From NCBI GenBank assembly GCA_964469265.1, contig CAYXYF010000001.1, positions 138,766 to 202,765 on the forward strand: a stretch of DNA of 64,000 bases, in the 5' to 3' direction. The notes beneath the pieces were generated by a model, which worked only from the letters and a program-made list of their open reading frames with translations, made no database searches and was not told the origin of the DNA. The stretch comes from an uncultured Bdellovibrionales bacterium (lineage in GTDB: Bacteria; Bdellovibrionota; Bdellovibrionia; Bdellovibrionales; JAEYZS01). A program made the position numbers and the translations under genes. Shown here piece by piece: positions 40,461-49,732 of the stretch (the stretch's first letter is position 1; each line of letters opens with the position of its first letter).

Positions 40461-42809
40461 ATGGATAGCTTAAGTTTAAATAATGTTTTCAACATTATGG
40501 CAAAAATTATTTTCGGAAGCGTTGTTGCTCTGCCGCTTTCATTGTCGAACTATAGCTTAAGCCATCAAAAAGGAATGAGTTTAAATTATTCCAAAACCGC
40601 TCCTCCCCTAGCAATTTTTGACGACGAACGAATCCCAAGTTTTATCGATGAATTTGTTTTTGATTCAACGAAGAGAGTTTCTCTTAAAGCAACCAAAGTT
40701 TTAAAGCAACGGAAGAAAACCGCTGCCATGGCAAACCAAGTTGCAAAAAAGTTTGCAAGCCTTCAAGCGGCGAATGCGCCAATTAAAGTGCGGGTACGCC
40801 ACCTTGCTGGATTATCGATTACAAAAAAATCTTCTGAAATATTACAAGCAACATTTAAAGATCCTTCCATAGATCACAAAGTAAAATTTGTTCCAGTGAC
40901 ACAAAGCCGATCTGCTGAAGCAAGTCATAACAAAGCTTTTGTTAAGAAAAAAGAATTTGTAAATAACTTAAGACCTACGCTTCGAGCGCGAGTTGAGGCT
41001 GCAGAAGGCTTCGACGAAGTTTTAAACCAAAATTTTATTCCAAAGGTTGAGACCTTCGAACAACGAGCTAAAAACGTTCTATCTCAGTCGGGTTATGTTT
41101 TTCCTAAAAAGGACAAACAACACCAAGAGGCGCAAGCTCCTGAAAACACCCGAAGAACGTACGCACAGAGGGTTATCACCCAGCAAGCATCTCCTGTTAC
41201 TGACCAAAATCATCACAATAGTAGAAATGAGATTGCAAGAAGGTTTGCAAATAGCGGTTATGCACGAGGATTAACACCGCCCAAGGCTAATGGTGCAAAT
41301 GATTTTCAAGAGCCGCCCATTGACGCTAAAGACGAACTTGTAACTGATAAAGCTATTGGTGATACGCATGATAAGAGTATTGCTACTGTGGTTAAAGCAA
41401 CTCAAGGATTAATCTCAGGACCCATTGAAATATCAGGTGGGTTGGCCTTTACAAATAACAATCAGCATATCGTCGTGTATAGACAAATTGCTGGAACAAA
41501 GTATGAATTCGGACAAGTCTTAATCCAAGAGGGTCGGTACGAAATTTATATCGAAGACTTAAGTACTGGAATTGTCGTTGCAGAGCTGATTGATAACGGG
41601 GATATGATTGGTCGAGCAGAGATTTCGATTCCTGAAGTTGTAATGCATGCAAAAGGAAAAGATTTATCAGAGGCGCCACTTGAAATTAAACCCGTGGTCG
41701 ACCGCGTGATTGTTGATACAATCTCAGAATACAATGTCTTTACAAAGAAAAAATCAAAACTAGAAAGCAAGGTGCTCATTGCAGACTCCTTGCCTCACGC
41801 AAGACCCCTTTTAAATTCCACCATTATTATGAAGGCTACGGCAGACGATCATTGGGGGAATATTTCTGTAGGCTCTACTCGCTCACCATTTTTAAATATA
41901 TTAACGCCTGCGTCCACTGTGAAGGCGCTTATTGAAATACTTGGAGTAACAATACCTCCTCAAATTATGGGAATTATTCGGGGGGAAGTGAGTGTTTTAG
42001 GAAAGAAGGTCGCTGGTGCGCAAGTTGAGCTTATGGGCAATACTTCCGCGCAGCCTGTTTATTTTAATTCGTTTATTCCAGACCCTGCTTTAACTCAGAC
42101 ATCAAGTAACGGAGAGTTTGCGTTTGTAGGGTTAACTCCTGGCAGCTACCTTATTCGTGCAAAGTATAACAACAAATATCTATCGCCAGTTCTTGTCCCA
42201 GTTGAAAGCGGTTATATTACTCGCGCAAACTTTGAAGTTCAAAATCCAAGTATCAGTGAAGCCTTTGTATACAATATACAAACAAGTGAGATGATGTCCG
42301 CAAATTTAGGTTTCATTGGCTCAGACCAAGTTGTTCCAGTCCACGCAAGAAAATTGATATCTTTTTCAGGATCAGACGGTGTGCAGTTTCTTGAAGCCAT
42401 TTCCGATGATCCAAACTTTTATATTTCAAGAGTGACAACCGATAAATCGGAAAAAGAAATCTTGGTCCCAATGGTACCTCGCCTATGGCTTTCGCATTTG
42501 TTAAGTCGCTTTAAAATAAACAGAGTGCCTGACACAGGTATTATCATCGGCACGGCCCCGAATCTTCCGTATGCGGTGGAACTCGATCAAAGCGGTTATA
42601 ACAGTGAAACCCAAGTCATTTATTTTGATCAGCAAGGGCAAGCGGTCCCAGGTGCTATGGTCACTCCAGCAGGTGGCGGGTTTGTGATAGTCAACGTCAA
42701 CAGCGGATTCCGCAGTCTAGCGACCCGTTACTATGGAACCGAAAATATCAAGATTTCAACCGTCGTTGTAGATAGTTCTGCAATAAACCTTTTCCCGTCT
42801 AAGCTATAA
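40461..42809 (+). CDS. large secreted protein with carboxypeptidase-regulatory-like (CarboxypepD_reg) domain
   Basis: 782 aa with a signal-like N-terminus (an alternative start is MAKIIF at 40497). ...GAQVELMGN...SSNGEFAFVGLTPGSYLIRAKYN... is a typical CarboxypepD_reg beta-sandwich pattern. Confidence 0.6.
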   Translation: MDSLSLNNVFNIMAKIIFGSVVALPLSLSNYSLSHQKGMSLNYSKTAPPLAIFDDERIPSFIDEFVFDSTKRVSLKATKVLKQRKKTAAMANQVAKKFASLQAANAPIKVRVRHLAGLSITKKSSEILQATFKDPSIDHKVKFVPVTQSRSAEASHNKAFVKKKEFVNNLRPTLRARVEAAEGFDEVLNQNFIPKVETFEQRAKNVLSQSGYVFPKKDKQHQEAQAPENTRRTYAQRVITQQASPVTDQNHHNSRNEIARRFANSGYARGLTPPKANGANDFQEPPIDAKDELVTDKAIGDTHDKSIATVVKATQGLISGPIEISGGLAFTNNNQHIVVYRQIAGTKYEFGQVLIQEGRYEIYIEDLSTGIVVAELIDNGDMIGRAEISIPEVVMHAKGKDLSEAPLEIKPVVDRVIVDTISEYNVFTKKKSKLESKVLIADSLPHARPLLNSTIIMKATADDHWGNISVGSTRSPFLNILTPASTVKALIEILGVTIPPQIMGIIRGEVSVLGKKVAGAQVELMGNTSAQPVYFNSFIPDPALTQTSSNGEFAFVGLTPGSYLIRAKYNNKYLSPVLVPVESGYITRANFEVQNPSISEAFVYNIQTSEMMSANLGFIGSDQVVPVHARKLISFSGSDGVQFLEAISDDPNFYISRVTTDKSEKEILVPMVPRLWLSHLLSRFKINRVPDTGIIIGTAPNLPYAVELDQSGYNSETQVIYFDQQGQAVPGAMVTPAGGGFVIVNVNSGFRSLATRYYGTENIKISTVVVDSSAINLFPSKL

Positions 42810-42922
42810 ACCTTAAATTGTCTGTCGTTGCTCTTAAATATCGAATAATGACTAAGTTTTCCTTGGTTTTTTGTGCGGAATTGGATAAGTAAAGCACAAC
42901 TAATAAGCGAGGGAGGTTATTT

Positions 42923-43879
42923 GTGAGTCAGACTCAACAACAGCAAGTTTTAGAACTTTCGCTCAAGGATTTTACCCACGGAACTCAACAACAGCGAAAA
43001 AAGTTTATCGATGATCTTTTCTTTGGGATGAAGGATCTTGGTTTTATCAACCTCAGAGACCATGGGATTGATTCCAATTTATTAAAGACGGCCTATGAGC
43101 TAAGTGAAAAGCTTTTTAATCTTCCTAACGATACTAAGAAGCAATATGTTTTAAAGGGCACGGGCGGAGCGCGAGGCTATACTCCATTTGGTGAAGAGCA
43201 CGCTAAAGATTCTCCAGTTATGGATTTAAAAGAATTTTGGCATGTAGGACGTGATCCGATTGAAGGTGATCCTAGCGCGAAATATTTTGCGCCAAACATT
43301 TGGCCAAAAGAAGTTCCAGAATTTAAAGAGCTATTTACTCACCTTTATAATGAATTAGATAGAACAGCGTTTATTTTATTAAAGGCTTTAACATATCCTT
43401 TAGAAATTCCAGAAGATTACTTTGATAAACTTGCTGGCGGCGGAAACTCGATTCTAAGACTTCTCCACTATCCGCCGATTCCAGAAGGCGTTGACCCAAG
43501 ATGTGTACGCGCAGCCGCTCACGAAGACATTAACTTAATTACTCTCTTAGTGTGCGCTTCGGCTTCAGGGCTTCAGCTTCAAGATCGTAATGGCAAGTGG
43601 ATGGACGTTGAAACAGCATCGCACTTAATTACTGTCGATGCTGGAGATATGCTGGCTCGAATTACTAACGATGTTATTCCATCGACTACACATAGAGTTG
43701 TGAACCCTGAAAACACAGAAAATAAAAGCCGATACTCTATGCCGTATTTCATGCATGCTCACCCAGAATCTTTACTGGAGTGCATACCATCGTGCAGAGG
43801 AAGCGGAGAGAAATACCCGCCAATTCGCGAACACGACTTCTTAATGCAAAGATTAAAAGAAATTGGTTTATTGAAGTAA
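42923..43879 (+). CDS. 2-oxoglutarate/Fe(II)-dependent oxygenase (isopenicillin-N-synthase-like)
   Basis: GTG start with GAGGGAGG RBS. The H-x-D...H triad contexts are AAHEDINLITLL and STTHRV. Confidence 0.8.
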   Translation: MSQTQQQQVLELSLKDFTHGTQQQRKKFIDDLFFGMKDLGFINLRDHGIDSNLLKTAYELSEKLFNLPNDTKKQYVLKGTGGARGYTPFGEEHAKDSPVMDLKEFWHVGRDPIEGDPSAKYFAPNIWPKEVPEFKELFTHLYNELDRTAFILLKALTYPLEIPEDYFDKLAGGGNSILRLLHYPPIPEGVDPRCVRAAAHEDINLITLLVCASASGLQLQDRNGKWMDVETASHLITVDAGDMLARITNDVIPSTTHRVVNPENTENKSRYSMPYFMHAHPESLLECIPSCRGSGEKYPPIREHDFLMQRLKEIGLLK

Positions 43880-45226
43880 TTAAAGGGAGCTGGTAGAGGG
43901 CCTCTCTACTAGCTTACCGTATTTTTGATTCTTATTTTTAGCTAAAAACTCAGTGACCATTGTTGAAGGGATATGAACAACATATCCCTTTGGAACTCTT
44001 AGGTTCTTTTTAAAAGCATCGTCTTTAATATCAAGATTGTATTTTTGTAAACCGTCTTTGCTGAGCCCCGTGTACTTCATAAGAGTTTTAATAGTAAGAG
44101 ACTGTGTGAGTTTTAGCTCTTGGAACTCAAGTGGGTTCGGCTGCTTTGGGGTGTTGTAGATGTCCTCTTTATACATTTCAGCGTGTAGAGCTGCAATGAA
44201 AGATGCAAAGAAGTTTTGCGATGCAAATCCGAAGGACTTTGCACGATTGCGCATAATAATTCTACCGAGGTCATGGGTCTTATATTGGCGAACGGCCTTT
44301 CTTAAGCTACCCACGCCGTGATTGTATGCGGTTAATGCCAGTGGCCAGTTTTTAAGAATCTTTTTGTTTTGTTTTAAAATTGTAATTGCAGAGTCGGCAG
44401 CCTTTATCGGAGAGTTTCTTTCATCAACAGCTTGGTTCATCAGTAAAAGTTTTTTGCCAACATAAGGCATAACCTGCCAGATGCCGCTTGCACCTACTTT
44501 GCTGACGGCCTTCACATTAAAGCTACTTTCAACAAATGGAAGACGAGTTAATTCGACTGGTAGACCTCGCTCTGTGAATAGCCTTTCAAGTTCTGGCATA
44601 TATAGAGCACTTGTTTCAAGGCCTTGCTCGATAAAGTCTCTTTGGCCAAGTTGTGCGCGAATTCCTTTAAGGGCGTCTTTGAAGACCTTTTTTCTCTTGC
44701 CTGGAACAGAAGCTAGTAAGTCGTAAATTCGTTTTTCTTCTTTTGAGAGCTTTTTATAGTTTTTTCTGTTTGCAAGTTTTTTAATGGTGTTGCGGACGGC
44801 ATCTCTTTGAGTCTTAGAGTATTTTTTGGCAGCATGATACTTTGTCCACTTGTGACCTTTTCCATTATAAATGGAACTTAAATCAATAACTTTATAAACA
44901 ATCCAGGGATAGTCAGCATAGTGAATGACTTCTGTTTGAGCCCCGTACTTCGTATAAATATCAAACCAAAATGAAACCCGTGCCTGAAAATCAGCGGGGA
45001 CTTTGAAATCTGCAGAGATCTTATTTTTGTGATCTTTTAAGATTGCATCTTTATCAAAGTTCTTGGGTTGGGATTTCGCCGCTTCACTTTGATCAATGCT
45101 TGAGATGGCCCGTTGCGATCGTGTTAATGTCGGCTCCATCACTGGAGAAGCAAAAAGCTTGGACTCTGTACCAAAGAAGGTGCCAAACCCAAGTCCTAAA
45201 AATAGATATACATACATGCGTGCCAT
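43880..45226 (-). CDS. lytic murein transglycosylase (SLT domain, MltD-like) with C-terminal LysM-like domain
   Basis: 448 aa with a signal peptide and the catalytic region ...PFVESSFNVKAVSKVGASGIWQVMP...AYNHG.... Confidence 0.8.
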   Translation of the reverse strand: MARMYVYLFLGLGFGTFFGTESKLFASPVMEPTLTRSQRAISSIDQSEAAKSQPKNFDKDAILKDHKNKISADFKVPADFQARVSFWFDIYTKYGAQTEVIHYADYPWIVYKVIDLSSIYNGKGHKWTKYHAAKKYSKTQRDAVRNTIKKLANRKNYKKLSKEEKRIYDLLASVPGKRKKVFKDALKGIRAQLGQRDFIEQGLETSALYMPELERLFTERGLPVELTRLPFVESSFNVKAVSKVGASGIWQVMPYVGKKLLLMNQAVDERNSPIKAADSAITILKQNKKILKNWPLALTAYNHGVGSLRKAVRQYKTHDLGRIIMRNRAKSFGFASQNFFASFIAALHAEMYKEDIYNTPKQPNPLEFQELKLTQSLTIKTLMKYTGLSKDGLQKYNLDIKDDAFKKNLRVPKGYVVHIPSTMVTEFLAKNKNQKYGKLVERPSTSSL

Positions 45227-45392
45227 AGTAACTCTTAATAAAGCAATAAAGATGCCAATATCAGCTCCAATATGGACCTGTTTTCAAGGGTTTGTCTGCG
45301 CGTCGTTTTGAGAAGCTGTAAATAAGTTCGTCAAACGGTGACAAATTTAATGCTGTCCTAGTTTGATACGGCATTATACAATCTAGGAGAGC

Positions 45393-46892
45393 ATGAAAGA
45401 ACACGCAACTGCAGAAGAAAACACCTTCAAACACGCCAAGTATACCGCCATTATTAGCGATATCCATCTAACTGAAGCTGAACCCGAGCGTCCGCCTGGC
45501 GATCTGTGGAAGAAATTTAAGCGAAAAGAGTTCTTTTTTGATGATCTCTTAAGAGACTTCTTTGAGCATATCGATGAGCAATCAGGCGATGATGAAGTTG
45601 AGCTTATTTTAAATGGCGATGTGTTTGATTTTGATGCGGTCATGTCTTTCCCAGAGGACGCCCCCTATAAGATCACGTGGCTTGAGCGGACTAGGGGATT
45701 ATTTCCAGAGGAGCAAAAGGCTTCTTATAAAATTCAAAAAATTCTAAGTGAACATCCCATCTTCGTCGAAAGCCTTCGAAAATTTATTCAAAAGCGCAAT
45801 AGAGTGGTTATCACAATCGGGAATCATGATCTTGAGCTTCACTTTCCTCAGGTCCAAAAAGACATTATCAACGCTCTTGAACTCACCGAAGATGAAAAAA
45901 AACGAGTTCGTTTTTGTGAGTGGTTTTATATCAGTAACGGCGACACGCTTGTAGAACATGGGAATCAGTATGATCCCTACTGTGTTTGTCAAAACCCCAT
46001 TCATCCCTTTGTTCAAAAATTTAATCGTATTGAGCTGAGACTACCCTTTGGAGATCTTGCAGGAAGGTATATGACAAACGGCATGGGATTTTTTAATCCC
46101 CATGTTGATTCCAACTTCATTATGAGCTTTAAGGACTACCTTAAATTTTTTACCAAGTACCTTGTTCGGACTCAGCCCTTAATTATGTGGACGTGGTTTT
46201 GGTCCTCGGTGGCGGTGCTCATACAATCTTCTTTGGATCGTCTCCTTCCCGAGCTAAAAGATCCCCTCACAATGGAGGATCGGGTTAATGATATTGCTTA
46301 CAAAGCCAATGCGGAACCGCGTATGGTTAGGGAGCTAAAAGAACTTGCAGTCAACCCTGCGGCAAGTAATCCCATTCGTCTAGCAAGAGAGCTGTGGCTT
46401 GATCGTGCGTTTATTGTGTTGATTGGATTTATTTTTATCTTCCAGATTTTTACGATCATAAAACTTGCCTATGATATTTCATTTTTTTGGATGTTTATCC
46501 CGCTTTTCATTTTAGTTCCGTTTTTTGTTTTCTACGCAAAGTCCATTGATTCAGATGTGGCCGCAGTCAAAGAGCCCAATGAATGGATTTTAAGTGTTTC
46601 TTCAAGGATGACGAATGTTAGAAGAGTTGTTTACGGTCATACCCATATTGCACGACATGAGTTTATAGGAATAGTTGAGCATTTAAATTCGGGCTGCTGG
46701 ACCCCCGCTTTTTTAGATGTGGAATGCACAAAACCATTTGGCAAAAAGACCTATGTTTGGATTGAGCCAGGCCCCCACGGACAACGGGTCGCGCAGTTAA
46801 GAGAGTTTATTCGTGGAGATTCTTATCAAATCAAGGGTGGGAAACGACACATTAAAGACGATGCGCCCACTGTCATTCATGTTAGCTCTTAG
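45393..46892 (+). CDS. calcineurin-like metallophosphoesterase interrupted by a membrane module
   Basis: 499 aa with motifs ISDIHL, NGDVFDF, GNHD, HGNQYD and then GHTH about 220 aa later. The intervening segment has 2-3 hydrophobic helices. Confidence 0.75.
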   Translation: MKEHATAEENTFKHAKYTAIISDIHLTEAEPERPPGDLWKKFKRKEFFFDDLLRDFFEHIDEQSGDDEVELILNGDVFDFDAVMSFPEDAPYKITWLERTRGLFPEEQKASYKIQKILSEHPIFVESLRKFIQKRNRVVITIGNHDLELHFPQVQKDIINALELTEDEKKRVRFCEWFYISNGDTLVEHGNQYDPYCVCQNPIHPFVQKFNRIELRLPFGDLAGRYMTNGMGFFNPHVDSNFIMSFKDYLKFFTKYLVRTQPLIMWTWFWSSVAVLIQSSLDRLLPELKDPLTMEDRVNDIAYKANAEPRMVRELKELAVNPAASNPIRLARELWLDRAFIVLIGFIFIFQIFTIIKLAYDISFFWMFIPLFILVPFFVFYAKSIDSDVAAVKEPNEWILSVSSRMTNVRRVVYGHTHIARHEFIGIVEHLNSGCWTPAFLDVECTKPFGKKTYVWIEPGPHGQRVAQLREFIRGDSYQIKGGKRHIKDDAPTVIHVSS

Positions 46893-47036
46893 CATATACG
46901 CATAGCGACGTTGGCGCGAGGCGCGTCAATTCGACAAATCTTAAGGATTCGTTAAAATTAACTTCAAAACGAATATATTCGAGTATATTTTAGTTTGAAT
47001 TACAAAAAAAGCTCACCAGAGTGTTTTGGAGGACAA

Positions 47037-47231
47037 ATGGCGGACGTATTAGTAGTAACAAGCAAGGTTAAAAAGTATATCAAAGAAAAAGCGACGATGA
47101 ATACTTCTGCAGAGACAGTGGACGTGCTCAGTAAAGCAGTTCAAGCCCTTTGCGATCGCGGAATTGAAAGCGCTAAAAATGACGGAAGAAAAACTGTCAT
47201 GGCTCGTGATATCAATATTGATCATTTATAG
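47037..47231 (+). CDS. histone-fold DNA-binding protein (bacterial histone, Bdellovibrio Bd0055/HBb-like)
   Basis: ATG at 47037 with GGAGG at 47027-47031. The 64-aa product MADVLVVTSKVKKYIKEKATMNTSAETVDVLSKAVQALCDRGIESAKNDGRKTVMARDINIDHL is colinear with archaeal HMfB, including the GRKT(V/I)xxxDI loop-2/alpha-3 signature. Confidence 0.85.
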   Translation: MADVLVVTSKVKKYIKEKATMNTSAETVDVLSKAVQALCDRGIESAKNDGRKTVMARDINIDHL

Positions 47232-47257
47232 TGCTTACTAAAACTGAAAAATAAATC

Positions 47258-47287
47258 AAAAAAGGCGAGGTCTTCCTCGCCTTTTTT
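47258..47287. terminator. bidirectional intrinsic terminator shared by the histone gene and ligA
   Basis: A6-GGCGAGG-tctt-CCTCGCC-T6. The T-run overlaps the ligA stop codon. Confidence 0.85.
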
Positions 47288-49316
47288 ATTTTATCAACTT
47301 TTGGAAATCATCCCAGGATAAAATCTTTACACCAAGCTCTTGGGCTTTATCAAGTTTTGAGCCCGCAGCCTCACCAGCCAAAACATAGCTTGTCTTTTTG
47401 CTCACGGATCCGCTCACTTTCCCTTTATGGGATTCAATCATAACCTTTATATTATCTCGCTCCATGGGGAGTGTGCCTGTAATTACAAAAGTAAATCCCT
47501 CTAGCTTGTTGGAAGAGACTTTATTTTCCTCTTCCTGAATTTCAACGCCGTTTTGAATTATTCTTTGGATTTCTTTTTTAAAGGACGCTTGTGAAATACT
47601 ATCGATAATCGACTGAGCAACTTTTGGTCCGACGCCCTCAACCGTAACGAGCTCATCAAACTGAGCACCTAAAAATCTCTCAAGAGTACCAAAGTAATTA
47701 GAAATAAGCTTTGCTGTTTGTTCTCCGACAAACCGTATCCCTAGAGAATAAATAAAGCGGGAGAGTGAAGGGTTTCTGCTGCTGTCAATGCTATCAATAA
47801 TATTTTGCGCAGATTTCTCTCCTTGTCTTTCAAGACCAAGAATGTGATCGAGTTCAATTTTAAAAAGATCGGAGTAAGAATGGACAAGCCCTGTATCCAC
47901 AAGTTTATTGATGAGTTTATCTCCGACCTTTTCAATGTTCATAGCCCTCTTTGAGACGAAGTGCTTAAGAGATTCTTTTATCTTGGCATCGCAAACGGGG
48001 TTGGGACATCTTAATACGACTTCGCCCTCGGCTTTAACGGCCTCTGACTGACAAACAGGACAGAGGTTCGGAATCTTGAAGGGTTTTGAATTTTTGCCTC
48101 GCTTGTCTTTTAGAACTTGGACAACCTCAGGGATAACATCTCCAGCCCTGTGAACAATCACATAATCCCCTTCTCGAACGTCCTTTCTGTCAATTTCATC
48201 TTGGTTGTGTAAAGTGGCATTGGTAACGGTAACGCCACCAACTAAAACAGGAGTCATGACGGCAACGGGAGTGAGCGCTCCTGTTCTTCCCACTTGCACC
48301 GTAATTTTTTCGATTTTCGTTTCAGCCTGCTCGGGTTCAAACTTTGCGGCGTTTGCCCATCTTGGAGATCTTGCAATAAAGCCTAACTCTTCTTGAAGGC
48401 TGAGACTATTGACCTTTACAACAATGCCATCAATATCAAATGGTAACCCTTTTCTCACTTTGTGAATATAGTGATAGTAGTCTACGGCCTCTTGTGAGTT
48501 CTTCGCTAAAGTTAAATATTTATCGCTAACTGTAGGGACCCCCCACTCTCTAAATTCTTGAATAACTTCTTTTTGTGTTGAAACTTTTAAGCCTTCGGAG
48601 TCGCCCAGTGCATAGCCATAAAATCGTAAGGGTCGTGAGGCTGCAATCTTTGGGTCCAATTGTCGAATCGTCCCTGCAGACGCGTTTCGCGGATTTGCGA
48701 ATGGAACTTCACCAGCTTCTTGTTGGGCCTCGTTTAGCTTTAAAAAATCATTCTTAAGCATTAAGACTTCGCCACGGATTTCAACAAGCTTTGGCGCTTT
48801 TTTTGTTTTAAGCCTCATTGGAATAGATTTGATAGTTCGGATATTCGATAGCACATTTTCACCAGTAATGCCGTCACCTCTTGTCAGCGCGCCAGTTAAA
48901 ATACCGTCTTCGTAAATTAATTCAATGGCAAGGCCATCAAGCTTGAGCTCACAGAAGTACTCAATATCGCTTTCGCTCGCTAAAACTTTTTTAGCTCGCT
49001 TATCAAAGGCCAAGATGTCTTCGGGTGAATAACTGTTTTGTAAAGAGAGCATGGGCTTTCGGTGTTCCACTTTTTGAAATCGCGAAAGAGGCTGTGCGCC
49101 TACGCGCTGTGTAGGAGAAAGCTCCGATATGATCTCAGGATATGCTTCTTCGAGATTTTTTAGCTCTTCAAATAATTTGTCATATTCGCGGTCTGATATC
49201 GTCGGTCGGTCTAATACGTGGTAACTGGTGTCGTGAATTTGGATTTCTCCGATAAGCTCTTCGTAGCGGCGCTTGATCTCTTTGGTTTTATCTGAAGGTG
49301 GTTGTACCTTTTTCAT
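47286..49316 (-). CDS. ligA: NAD-dependent DNA ligase LigA
   Basis: 676 aa with adenylation motif CELKLDGLA, a Cys4 zinc finger (CPVC...C..C), HhH repeats and a C-terminal BRCT. Confidence 0.96.
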   Translation of the reverse strand: MKKVQPPSDKTKEIKRRYEELIGEIQIHDTSYHVLDRPTISDREYDKLFEELKNLEEAYPEIISELSPTQRVGAQPLSRFQKVEHRKPMLSLQNSYSPEDILAFDKRAKKVLASESDIEYFCELKLDGLAIELIYEDGILTGALTRGDGITGENVLSNIRTIKSIPMRLKTKKAPKLVEIRGEVLMLKNDFLKLNEAQQEAGEVPFANPRNASAGTIRQLDPKIAASRPLRFYGYALGDSEGLKVSTQKEVIQEFREWGVPTVSDKYLTLAKNSQEAVDYYHYIHKVRKGLPFDIDGIVVKVNSLSLQEELGFIARSPRWANAAKFEPEQAETKIEKITVQVGRTGALTPVAVMTPVLVGGVTVTNATLHNQDEIDRKDVREGDYVIVHRAGDVIPEVVQVLKDKRGKNSKPFKIPNLCPVCQSEAVKAEGEVVLRCPNPVCDAKIKESLKHFVSKRAMNIEKVGDKLINKLVDTGLVHSYSDLFKIELDHILGLERQGEKSAQNIIDSIDSSRNPSLSRFIYSLGIRFVGEQTAKLISNYFGTLERFLGAQFDELVTVEGVGPKVAQSIIDSISQASFKKEIQRIIQNGVEIQEEENKVSSNKLEGFTFVITGTLPMERDNIKVMIESHKGKVSGSVSKKTSYVLAGEAAGSKLDKAQELGVKILSWDDFQKLIK

Positions 49317-49444
49317 AACTTTTCCTGCCTAAACTGTAAGAGTTTATATCATATTAAAATAAACATACAACGCATTGCGCGCTGAGATGAATTCTTATGA
49401 TGGAAGATATAGTCTGTACCCTTGTTAAATCTGAGGACAAGGTA

Positions 49445-49732
49445 ATGAATAAAAACGATGTAGAAAAAATTGGTCGCCTCTCGCGGCTCAAGCTATCAAA
49501 AGAAGAAGTCGAGTTTTACACCGAACACTTAACGATGGTTTTAAAACACTTTGAAGAACTGGCGTCGATTAATACTGATGATGTTGAGCCAATGGTGACT
49601 CCCGTTGTTCGCAAACCGTTGATTGCAGAAGATGAAGTTCGACGAACGGTCAGCCCAGAAGACATTCTTAAGAATGCTCCTGAAAAGAGTGGGAACCTGT
49701 TCAGGGTGCCTCCAGTTGTAGGAGTAGACTGA
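49445..49732 (+). CDS. gatC: Asp/Glu-tRNA amidotransferase subunit C
   Basis: ATG at 49445 (GAGGA upstream) gives MNKNDVEKIGRLSRLKLSKEEVE.... The ORF-track start at 49397 is an extension. Confidence 0.9.
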   Translation: MNKNDVEKIGRLSRLKLSKEEVEFYTEHLTMVLKHFEELASINTDDVEPMVTPVVRKPLIAEDEVRRTVSPEDILKNAPEKSGNLFRVPPVVGVD

